Of a stretch of 64,000 nt of DNA, positions 29,424 to 37,168 are shown piece by piece. The stretch comes from an uncultured delta proteobacterium (GTDB lineage Bacteria > Myxococcota_A > Polyangia > Polyangiales > Polyangiaceae): positions 128,001 through 192,000 of the forward strand of contig CAWJCS010000004.1 in the NCBI GenBank assembly GCA_963841435.1, given 5' to 3'. The notes beneath the pieces were generated by a model. That model searched no databases, was not told where the DNA came from, and saw nothing but the letters and a program-made list of their open reading frames with translations. Within the stretch, counting starts at the first letter, position 1. Each line of letters begins with the position of its first letter. The translations under genes and the position numbers were made by a program.

Positions 29424-32081
29424 GTGCACAGGCCCCTCGCCTCCGACAGTAGCTTCCTAGTGGATACTTTGCGATTCTCTGCGCGCTTTCGTTCGCGAGA
29501 AGGCACCGACCAAAGTGCCGTCTCCCGATCACGCGGGGCAGGATGGCTCGTCGCCGTGGCGATGCTCGTCGCCTGCGGGTCTCCCGAGGCGCCCGCGCCC
29601 GTAGAAGGCGCGGGCGGTCACACCGGAGGGAACGGAGGCGCCGCTGCAACGTCCGGTGCGGGCGCGGGTCAAGCGGGTGGACCGACGGGCGGCGCGGCGG
29701 CGCAAGCCGGGGCGTCTTCGGGGTCGAGCGCTGGAGGAAGCGCGAACGCCGGAGCGGCGGGGTCGGGAGGGAACGGTGCCGGCGGAACGAGCGCGGGCGC
29801 TGCAGGCCTGGCGAGCGGGGGTAGCGCGATGGGCGGGGCAGGCTCGGGAGGTGCCACCGGCGGTGTGGCGGGTGCCGGCGCTCTCGCCGGCGCGGGCGGC
29901 ACGGGCGGGGAGCCCGATCCCGGACCTGGCTACTACGTCTCGCCCGCGGGCAGTGACGACAATCCGGGCACCGCGAGCGCCCCGTTTCAGACGGTGGCGA
30001 AGGCGCGCGACGTTGTCCGCGCGCTCGGCGGCAGCATGACGGACGACCTCCACGTGTACCTCCGCGGCGGGACGTACCGTCTCGAGAGCACGCTCACTTT
30101 CGGCCCCGAGGACTCCGGGAAGAATGGGCACCGGATCCACTATCAAGCCTATCCGGGGGAGACTCCGGTTCTGAGTGGTGCGATCGCCGTCACCGGTTGG
30201 ACGCCGTACCAGGGCGGCATCTATCAAGCGAAGCTTGGCCGAACGACGAAGCTCCGCAATCTGTACGTGAACGACGCGCGCGCCAAGATGGCCAGCAAGT
30301 CCGCCACGGCGCGCGGCGGCTCCGGTACGTACTCCGTGACGGCTGGACAAGCGACCTGGGCCTGGGCGAGCGGGAGCGGGAGTGACGGCGTGAAATACGA
30401 CACGTCAGCCGTGTCGGCGGTGAGCACCAACAAAGACGACCTCGAGATCGTCAACGGCACGACCTGGAACGAGAACATCGTCTGCGTGCGGGACGTCGTC
30501 ACGACGACGGACAACTACCGAGGCCTCCTCCTGCAGCAGCCGTACGGCGCGATCGCGCAGCTGCCCGGTTGGGGAGCGGGGTTCAGCACGTCAGGCACAC
30601 ACACGCTCTTCAATGCACTCGAGTTCTTGAGTCAACCGGGGCAGTTCTATTTCGACAAGACCACGGGCACGCTCTACTACTACCCCCGGTCGGGAGAGGA
30701 TCTGACGCAGGCCAACGTCGAGGCCCCGGTGCTCGAAGAGCTGGTCGACGTCGCCGGCACGTCAACTTCCGAGCGCGTACAGAACCTCACGTTCCAGGGG
30801 CTCACGTTCGCGCACACGGACTACTCGCTCGTGAACGTCGGCGGCTCGTGCGGCAAGGCCAGCGTCCAGGGCGCCACCGTGTTCACCGCTTTCGGCGACG
30901 GCAACTGGCACAACAGCAAGTACCAGATCATCGACACGCTGCCGGCGATGATCCACGTCACGAGCGCGGACTCGATCCAGTTCGTCGGCAACGTCGTCAA
31001 GCACAGCGGCAACGAGGGCATCTCGTTCATCAACAACGTCGTCAACTCCGAGATCACGGGCAACTACGTGACCGATATCGCGGGTAGCGGCATCACCATC
31101 GGTCACCCACAGCACGTGTACCTCGGTGACGGTGGAGCCCACGAGAAGTACCCGCCGGGTGTCGAGGGCATCTGTACCAAAAATTCGATCTCGAACAACG
31201 TGCTCGTCAACGTGAGCTCGCTACCTGGTTTCGGCGGGCATGCGGGTATCACGGCGTTCTTCGTCAACACCCTCTCGATCACGCACAACCACATCCAAGG
31301 TACCGCCTACAACGGCATCAACCTCGGCTGGGGCTGGACCAACTTTTTGGACTCGAAGACCGCGAAGAACAACACGGTCAGCTCGAACCGGCTCTTCGAC
31401 ACGCTGAGTCGGCTTCACGATAGCGGTGCCATCTACACGATCGGGCAGAACCCAGGCACCAACATCAATCAGAACTACGTGAAGGGTATCCCGCCCGCGA
31501 CGTCGGGACCCACCTACGGTCTGCACAACGACGAGGGCAGCGCGTACATCACCGAGAACGATAACGTCCTCGACGTCGATCCAGGCGTCAAATACACGAT
31601 CAACTGCGAAGATTTCGGCAACAAGCACGATCTGACCATCCTTCGCACGTACGCGACGGTGAACAAGATGGGTGTGAATCCGCCGAACAGCACCATCGAC
31701 CCGCCCGTCGCCGTTCCGGACGCCGTGTGGGCGCCGACTCAATACGCGACCTGCGTTGCGGCGGGCGTCGAGGACGCATTCAGGAGCGCCCTTCCGAGCG
31801 GCTTGATTGCCGACGCCGACTACGTGTTCCCGGCGAGCTGTGCAACGTCGTCGAGCGCGACGCCGAGCTTGCCGATCCGGAGCCTCGGAGACTCCGCGGC
31901 GACGGTGTGGTTCGCCCCGGCCGGAACGACGCAATTCGCCGAGGGTGCGAGCATGACGCGCGCCGCCGGCGACGCGACGTCGCTCGGCGTACCGACGGCC
32001 GCGGGAACCTACAAGCTCATCGTGCTGGACGGCATGGGCAAAAAGCTCGGTGAGTCGTCCGCGCTACTGAGAGTGAAGTGA
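29424..32081 (+). CDS. Right-handed beta-helix glycoside hydrolase (GH141-like) lipoprotein
   Basis: Lipobox LVAC, Gly tether, YVSPAGSDDNPGT..VYLRGGTY..DSG..YQAYPGETPVLSG, PGQFYFD, GINLGWGW, DSGAIYT, DEGS. True start is probably downstream of 29424. Confidence 0.7.
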   Translation: MHRPLASDSSFLVDTLRFSARFRSREGTDQSAVSRSRGAGWLVAVAMLVACGSPEAPAPVEGAGGHTGGNGGAAATSGAGAGQAGGPTGGAAAQAGASSGSSAGGSANAGAAGSGGNGAGGTSAGAAGLASGGSAMGGAGSGGATGGVAGAGALAGAGGTGGEPDPGPGYYVSPAGSDDNPGTASAPFQTVAKARDVVRALGGSMTDDLHVYLRGGTYRLESTLTFGPEDSGKNGHRIHYQAYPGETPVLSGAIAVTGWTPYQGGIYQAKLGRTTKLRNLYVNDARAKMASKSATARGGSGTYSVTAGQATWAWASGSGSDGVKYDTSAVSAVSTNKDDLEIVNGTTWNENIVCVRDVVTTTDNYRGLLLQQPYGAIAQLPGWGAGFSTSGTHTLFNALEFLSQPGQFYFDKTTGTLYYYPRSGEDLTQANVEAPVLEELVDVAGTSTSERVQNLTFQGLTFAHTDYSLVNVGGSCGKASVQGATVFTAFGDGNWHNSKYQIIDTLPAMIHVTSADSIQFVGNVVKHSGNEGISFINNVVNSEITGNYVTDIAGSGITIGHPQHVYLGDGGAHEKYPPGVEGICTKNSISNNVLVNVSSLPGFGGHAGITAFFVNTLSITHNHIQGTAYNGINLGWGWTNFLDSKTAKNNTVSSNRLFDTLSRLHDSGAIYTIGQNPGTNINQNYVKGIPPATSGPTYGLHNDEGSAYITENDNVLDVDPGVKYTINCEDFGNKHDLTILRTYATVNKMGVNPPNSTIDPPVAVPDAVWAPTQYATCVAAGVEDAFRSALPSGLIADADYVFPASCATSSSATPSLPIRSLGDSAATVWFAPAGTTQFAEGASMTRAAGDATSLGVPTAAGTYKLIVLDGMGKKLGESSALLRVK

Positions 32082-32650
32082 TCGTTTCGGAGAATGGCTC
32101 CGTGAGCGCAGCGCGACCGCTTCGAGCCCCCTTGCCGCGACCCGTCTCGGACCGAGCGTCCGCTGGAGGCCCGGAACCGGCGCGCCTCGACGATCTCGAG
32201 CCGTACGTGCGCGGCATCGTGCAGCGCGCGCTCGGCCCCGACATCGAGCGCGACAACGTCGTGCAACAGGTACTCTGCGTAGTGCTGCGCAACCAGGAGG
32301 GCCTTCGCGAGCCATTGGCTCAGCGTGCCTGGGTGCGCACGATCACGTTCAATGTGGTGTACGACCTGCTCCGCAGGCGGCAGCTACGGCACGCGGCGCA
32401 GGGCGTTGCAGCCGCAGAGATGCGCGGGGACCTGGTGCGCACGGTCGAGGTGCGAGATCTTTTGGCCCGCCTGAAGGCGCTCGTCGAAGGGCTGCCGGTC
32501 TCGGAGCAGTCCGCTTTCGTGTTGCGGTACGTCGAGGGGCGACGGCTCGCGGAGATCGCGGCCATCGAGGGGTATTCTCTTGCGACCGCGCGCCGGAGGC
32601 TCGCTCGCGCGCGGCGCATTCTACGGGCGTTGGCCTCCCAAGCACCGTGA
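32078..32650 (+). CDS. Divergent ECF sigma factor (no adjacent anti-sigma)
   Basis: GTGA overlap; VVQQVL..AWVRTITFN; region 4 LP..EQSAFVLRYVEG..EIA..SLATARRRLARAR. Confidence 0.75.
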   Translation: MIVSENGSVSAARPLRAPLPRPVSDRASAGGPEPARLDDLEPYVRGIVQRALGPDIERDNVVQQVLCVVLRNQEGLREPLAQRAWVRTITFNVVYDLLRRRQLRHAAQGVAAAEMRGDLVRTVEVRDLLARLKALVEGLPVSEQSAFVLRYVEGRRLAEIAAIEGYSLATARRRLARARRILRALASQAP

Positions 32651-32685
32651 ACTGTCGCGGTCGGGTCGACCGTTGTCGAGGGCCG

Positions 32686-33759
32686 TCAGGGCGCCGACGC
32701 CTGCGTGCGGAGCAGGACCTCCCAGAATCGCGCCCCGGCGACCGCGCCGTCGCAGTCGGTGACGAGCCAGCCGGAACCTTGGAGATCAGTTGCCAGATCG
32801 GGCCCCGCCGCGGCGGCGGCGTCCCGGGTCGCCAACGGAGAAACGCGCTTGACGGCGGTCGCGAACGTCGGGAGGCCTGCCGCGATGACGGAGACCTGGT
32901 CCGACGCGGGCTCCCAGTGCCAGAGGTTCGGTTGCTTGGAGGCGATCCACGTGCCGAGGGCGTTGCCAGGGAGCTCGGATAGCCGCGAATCCGGGACGTC
33001 GGTGAGCTGGTCGTAAAAGGCGCTGACCTGGACGTAGCGGAAGCGTTCGGTAACGATCGTGTCGGCCCACGGGTCGTGATCTCCGTTGGGGATCCCCATC
33101 CCGCCGCCGGAGGCGCTCAAGCTTCCGAGCGAGGAAACGACCACCACCCGTTGGGTGACCGTGGGGTCAACGAGGTACGCATCCGCAACGTCGGTGAGCG
33201 CCCCGCCCGTCGCGACCACGAGGGGCCGATAGGGAAGACCGAGGCGCTTCGACACGTCGACGATGAAGAGCGCTCCTTCGGAGCGGTTCGGCTGCGTGTC
33301 GTCGATCTCACCGCTTGCGGGCATGACCAGCGACGACCCGATGCTGGCCAACGGATCAGGGAGCCTCTGGATGCCGCTTTCTCGAGCCGCCGCGACGAGA
33401 CCTCGCCAGCCGTCGACGTTGGTCTGGAGGTCCGGCCAGTCGGGGCTCGCGTTGACGACGATGCCCGCGAGCTCTGCGCCGCCTGCCGCGAGCAGCACCG
33501 CGTACTCGCCCGACCAGTTGTCGTAGGCGCCGTCGTTGACGACGACGATGGGGTTGCGCTCGTTGACCGGCAGGAGCCCGTACGGGCGATCATGGCCTGC
33601 GTCGAGTGTCTCCGTGCAACCGCAGGTCACGAGGACGGCGGCGAGCGCGCAGAGTCGCGGCCGGGCACGCGCTCGAGAGGCCGCCGAAACCACGCTCGGA
33701 GGAGGCGCTGCCTCCGCGGTCGGGGCGCGGGCGAAGCGTGCAAACCGAACACTTAGCAT
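32686..33759 (-). CDS. Nucleoside-hydrolase-fold lipoprotein, copy 2
   Basis: Paralog of 13633-14643: NDGAYDNW.GEYAVLL, TGGALTDVADAYL, YVQVSAFYDQLTDVPD. Start uncertain. Confidence 0.6.
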   Translation of the reverse strand: MLSVRFARFARAPTAEAAPPPSVVSAASRARARPRLCALAAVLVTCGCTETLDAGHDRPYGLLPVNERNPIVVVNDGAYDNWSGEYAVLLAAGGAELAGIVVNASPDWPDLQTNVDGWRGLVAAARESGIQRLPDPLASIGSSLVMPASGEIDDTQPNRSEGALFIVDVSKRLGLPYRPLVVATGGALTDVADAYLVDPTVTQRVVVVSSLGSLSASGGGMGIPNGDHDPWADTIVTERFRYVQVSAFYDQLTDVPDSRLSELPGNALGTWIASKQPNLWHWEPASDQVSVIAAGLPTFATAVKRVSPLATRDAAAAAGPDLATDLQGSGWLVTDCDGAVAGARFWEVLLRTQASAP

Positions 33760-33984
33760 GGTGCTTACCAACGTCAACCCCGTCGACGAGGCCGCGTGCG
33801 GGTGACTCAGGTTTAGCGCGAAGGCTCGGGATGTCGAAGGGAAATGCCGGTCGCGCTGCACGATGCGCCGCTTGCGAACCCGTGGCAATCCGCCGGATTC
33901 GGTTGACGACGCCATCTAGGCCAACATCGTCGCCGCGGGATACGGGCACTGACGGACCGAGGAGCGCGCGCCGACCTCGTGCGT

Positions 33985-35280
33985 TTAGAACTGCTTGAAG
34001 AAGGCCCAGGATTCTTCGGGGATCCAGTTCGTGTTGGTGCCGGAATCGTTGGCGATGTTCGTGTGCCCACCGTTGAAGGTGCAGACCTTGGTGGGAAATG
34101 ACGCCCCGCACCCCTGGAAGTCGTAGCAGACGTGATTGCCTTGTTGCCAGATCGGTATGGTCTCCGGCACGGTGCACCCGTTGTCAGTTGCGTGCTCGAT
34201 GGCGATGAACTTCGAGCCCTGGGTCGTGCTGTTCCCGTTGACCCACGGACACGTCGTGTCGCTCATGCCGGTCGTTTGCATCCATGCGATCGGCTCGTGC
34301 GTTTTCGGCGGGACGTAGATGTTGTAGTTGGCGGGGGCGATGCCCACGGCGGCGCGGATGTCCTTCTGATGATTCACCGAAAGGGAGTAGGTGATCATGC
34401 CTCCGAAGCTGAATCCGGTCGCGAAGACGCGCGTCGTATCGATACAGAGATTGTCTTTGACGTAGGCCAGGATGTCGTCGAAGAGGGCGTGGTCCTTTTC
34501 TTGCCACGTTTGGCCATCCGACTGCGGCGCGACGAAGATGGCGGGCTCGTTGTCGGCGTTCGCCAGGGGCTTGAGGAAGTAGTAGTTCTGGTCGCGAACG
34601 GCCTCGGAGGTGCTGCCGATCCAGTGAGACGTGTAGAACAAGCGATACGGCTTGTTCATGTCGTAGTTGGTCGGAATGTCGATGATGTACGTTCGCTGTT
34701 GACCGGTGCTCGTGATCGTCTTCTTGCCGGTCGTTACCGTCGTGGCTTTGCCGCACCCGGCACTCAGAACCGGCGGGTTCCCGAAGGGCAGGGCGCCGCC
34801 CGTCCCGGCCGCGCCGCCCGCGCCCGCTCCTGCAGCACCGCCCGCGCCCGCTCCTGCGGCGCCGCCCGCGCCTGACTGGCCGCTCGCGCCCGAGCTGCCG
34901 CTCGCCCCAGCCGAGCCACTCGCGCCGGACGCGCCGCCACCCATGCTGCCCGCCGCACCGCCCGCGCCCGCGCCAGCGGCACCGCCCGCGCCCGAGCTGC
35001 CGCTGACCCCAGCCGAGCCACCCGCACCGGACGCGCCACCACTCAGGGTGCCCGCCGAGCCACCCGTGCCCGTGCCCGCTCCACCACCGGCGCCCGATTG
35101 AGCGCCGGTGCCGGAGCTGCCGCTGGCCGAGCCCGCGGAGCCGCCCGTCCCTGCGCCGCCCGTGGCGGTCGTTCCGGATGTCCCACCGGAGCCAGTCGTG
35201 GTCTGCCCGACCGGATCAGAACAAGCGGAGACGATGGCGCCGAGAGTACCGGCAGCTACGAGCAAGCGACTGGAAATCAT
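33985..35280 (-). CDS. CE1-like feruloyl esterase / PHB-depolymerase-family lipoprotein, second paralog
   Basis: Lipobox VSAC, Gly tether, SAGCGK, PTNYD..KPY, GFSFGG, FNGGH, WIPEESWAFF. Confidence 0.8.
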   Translation of the reverse strand: MISSRLLVAAGTLGAIVSACSDPVGQTTTGSGGTSGTTATGGAGTGGSAGSASGSSGTGAQSGAGGGAGTGTGGSAGTLSGGASGAGGSAGVSGSSGAGGAAGAGAGGAAGSMGGGASGASGSAGASGSSGASGQSGAGGAAGAGAGGAAGAGAGGAAGTGGALPFGNPPVLSAGCGKATTVTTGKKTITSTGQQRTYIIDIPTNYDMNKPYRLFYTSHWIGSTSEAVRDQNYYFLKPLANADNEPAIFVAPQSDGQTWQEKDHALFDDILAYVKDNLCIDTTRVFATGFSFGGMITYSLSVNHQKDIRAAVGIAPANYNIYVPPKTHEPIAWMQTTGMSDTTCPWVNGNSTTQGSKFIAIEHATDNGCTVPETIPIWQQGNHVCYDFQGCGASFPTKVCTFNGGHTNIANDSGTNTNWIPEESWAFFKQF

Positions 35281-35465
35281 TGGGTTTCTCCTCACGGCGC
35301 GCAGGAAAGGCGAACGGCAGCCCGGCCTCCCGCGGCGCTCAGGCACAGGTACCTGACGCTCGTGTGAGCTTTTTCTGCTCCGAAAATGCCGGGTGCGGCA
35401 ACGCAGGGATCTCGCGCGGCTCCCGCCAGTCGTCACCGTGAAGAAATTTTTGACGAGCGTGTCGG

Positions 35466-36377
35466 TCAGCGCCCGGCGAACGCCGCGTCGAGCGTTGCGA
35501 TATCGAGCTTTTGCATGCCGAGCATGGCTCGAAAGGCGCGGTCGGTGGCCTGGGTGTCGGAGCTCGCCATCCACGCCGTGATGCGCGTGGGCACGATTTG
35601 CCAGGACAGACCGAACGCGTCTTTCAACCAGCCGCACCTGCTCGGCTGCCCGCCTTCGGAGAGGCGCGCCCAATACTGGTCGACCTCGCGCTGGTCCTCG
35701 CACATCACCTGAAAGGAAACGGCTTCGTCGAAGCTTGCGCCGCGTGCCTCATGGCCGTCCATGGCGATGAAGTCTTGGCCCGCGAGCGTGAAGCGGCCGT
35801 GCACGACTTTGCCCTCCGGTCCGCGATCGGCGCCGTAACGTTCGATGCGGTCGATGCGGCTTTCGGGGAAGATGGCGGTGTACGCTTTCATCGCCTCCTC
35901 GGCGCGGCCGTGCTGGGCGTTCGCAAACATGAGGCAGGGAACGATCTCCGCGCTCCCCGGCGCTCGCGGGTTCGTCATCACTTGGAAGGACACGCCGAAG
36001 CGGTCCTCGACCCAGGCGTAGCGCTCGCTCCACGGGTACGCTCCGGGCGGCATCAGGAATTTCCCGCCCTCGCCGAGCACGGCGGAGAGTTGGTCCGTGC
36101 GCTCGGTCGTGTCGGTGAAGAGGAAAAAGGAGATGCTCGGGTTGATGACGAAAGGCGGGCCGCCGTTGAGAGCGGTGAACCGACGGCCGAGCACTTCGAA
36201 CTCGACGGTGAGCACGCTGCCGCGCGCCTTGCCGCCCGGATTGTCGAAAGACTCCGGGTAGCGCGACCGAGCGAGCACTTGGCCGCCGCCGAACGTTCGC
36301 GTGTAGAAGGCGGCCGCTTCTTCGGCCTGGTCGTCGAACCAGAGGCAGGGGACGATGCGTGGGCTGCTATCGCTCAT
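35466..36377 (-). CDS. VOC family protein (tandem PhnB / 3-demethylubiquinone-9 methyltransferase-like domains)
   Basis: IVPCLWFDDQAEEAA.FY, LNGGP, DRFGVSFQ; second copy IVPCLMF..CGWLKDAFGLSWQIVP. Confidence 0.9.
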   Translation of the reverse strand: MSDSSPRIVPCLWFDDQAEEAAAFYTRTFGGGQVLARSRYPESFDNPGGKARGSVLTVEFEVLGRRFTALNGGPPFVINPSISFFLFTDTTERTDQLSAVLGEGGKFLMPPGAYPWSERYAWVEDRFGVSFQVMTNPRAPGSAEIVPCLMFANAQHGRAEEAMKAYTAIFPESRIDRIERYGADRGPEGKVVHGRFTLAGQDFIAMDGHEARGASFDEAVSFQVMCEDQREVDQYWARLSEGGQPSRCGWLKDAFGLSWQIVPTRITAWMASSDTQATDRAFRAMLGMQKLDIATLDAAFAGR

Positions 36378-37063
36378 GGGTTTCTCCTCTTCTTGGGTCT
36401 CGTGGCCCGCGACTTAACGGGTGGTTTGAGGGTCGGTTTCGTTCCGAGCGGGCGCCGTTCGGGCGCAACGCGGAACAGGAGCTCGATGTAGCGCTCGAGG
36501 TGCTCGACCGATTCGATGGCAATGCGGGCGCTATCGCGCGCTTTGGCGAGGATGAAAGCCCCCTGCAGCACGGCCTGAGTGTGCGCGGCGAGGCTCTGCG
36601 CCGTGAAATCGCCCTCGAGGCCGCGCTTTTTCATGGCGCCCGCAAAGTCTTCGACCAGCGTTTCGGCGTGTCCAAAGATGCACGCCGCGCACGCGGCGCG
36701 TATCGCCGGGCTCGAAGCGTGCGTTTCCTGCACGAGGGTGCCGGCCACGCACGTGAACTCCGAAACGTCGCCCCGGAGGAGCGATTTGCGAAACGCGAGG
36801 TAGGCGCGCACACGCGCGAGCGGGTCGAGCGGCGAGTGGAAGGGGGCCGTCGCGAATAGCGCGGCCGTGACGCGCGACCAGTGGTTCGCCGCCTCGACCC
36901 CCAGGGCTTCCTTGCTTTCGAAGTGATGGAAGAAGGCGCCCTTGGTCACCCCCGCGCGCGTGCACAGGTCGTCGACGGTGGTGGCCGCGAAACCTTGCTC
37001 GCGGATGAGGGTGAGCGAGGCGTCGAGCAGCTTGTCTTTGGCGGTCATGCTCCGCGGAGCCAT
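36374..37063 (-). CDS. TetR family regulator (NemR-like)
   Basis: GFAATTVDDLC..AGVTKGAFFHHFESKE HTH; CVAGTLVQE; ATGA overlap with the VOC gene. Start at 37063 or 37048. Confidence 0.9.
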   Translation of the reverse strand: MAPRSMTAKDKLLDASLTLIREQGFAATTVDDLCTRAGVTKGAFFHHFESKEALGVEAANHWSRVTAALFATAPFHSPLDPLARVRAYLAFRKSLLRGDVSEFTCVAGTLVQETHASSPAIRAACAACIFGHAETLVEDFAGAMKKRGLEGDFTAQSLAAHTQAVLQGAFILAKARDSARIAIESVEHLERYIELLFRVAPERRPLGTKPTLKPPVKSRATRPKKRRNP

Positions 37064-37064
37064 C

Positions 37065-37092
37065 CATACCAACTAGTTGGTATGTTCGTCAA
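37065..37092 (-). promoter_or_regulatory. Perfect 20-bp palindromic operator CATACCAACTAGTTGGTATG next to a TTGACG -35 box
   Basis: Palindrome at 37065-37084; TTGACG on the minus strand at 37092-37087, directly upstream of the TetR gene. Confidence 0.85.
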
Positions 37093-37168
37093 GCGCGCCG
37101 GGCCGTTGCCCCGGGCTCGCCCGGCGTGCGCGGAAAAAAGTGGCCAGGCCCTGCCCCGATGGCGTGGG

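Noticed and set aside
1-35360. Many Pro/Ala-rich antisense ORFs (e.g. 324-812, 2165-2578, 10185-10733, 23091-23834, 34706-35101)
   Set aside because: They are reverse-complement shadows of Gly-rich linkers in real genes.
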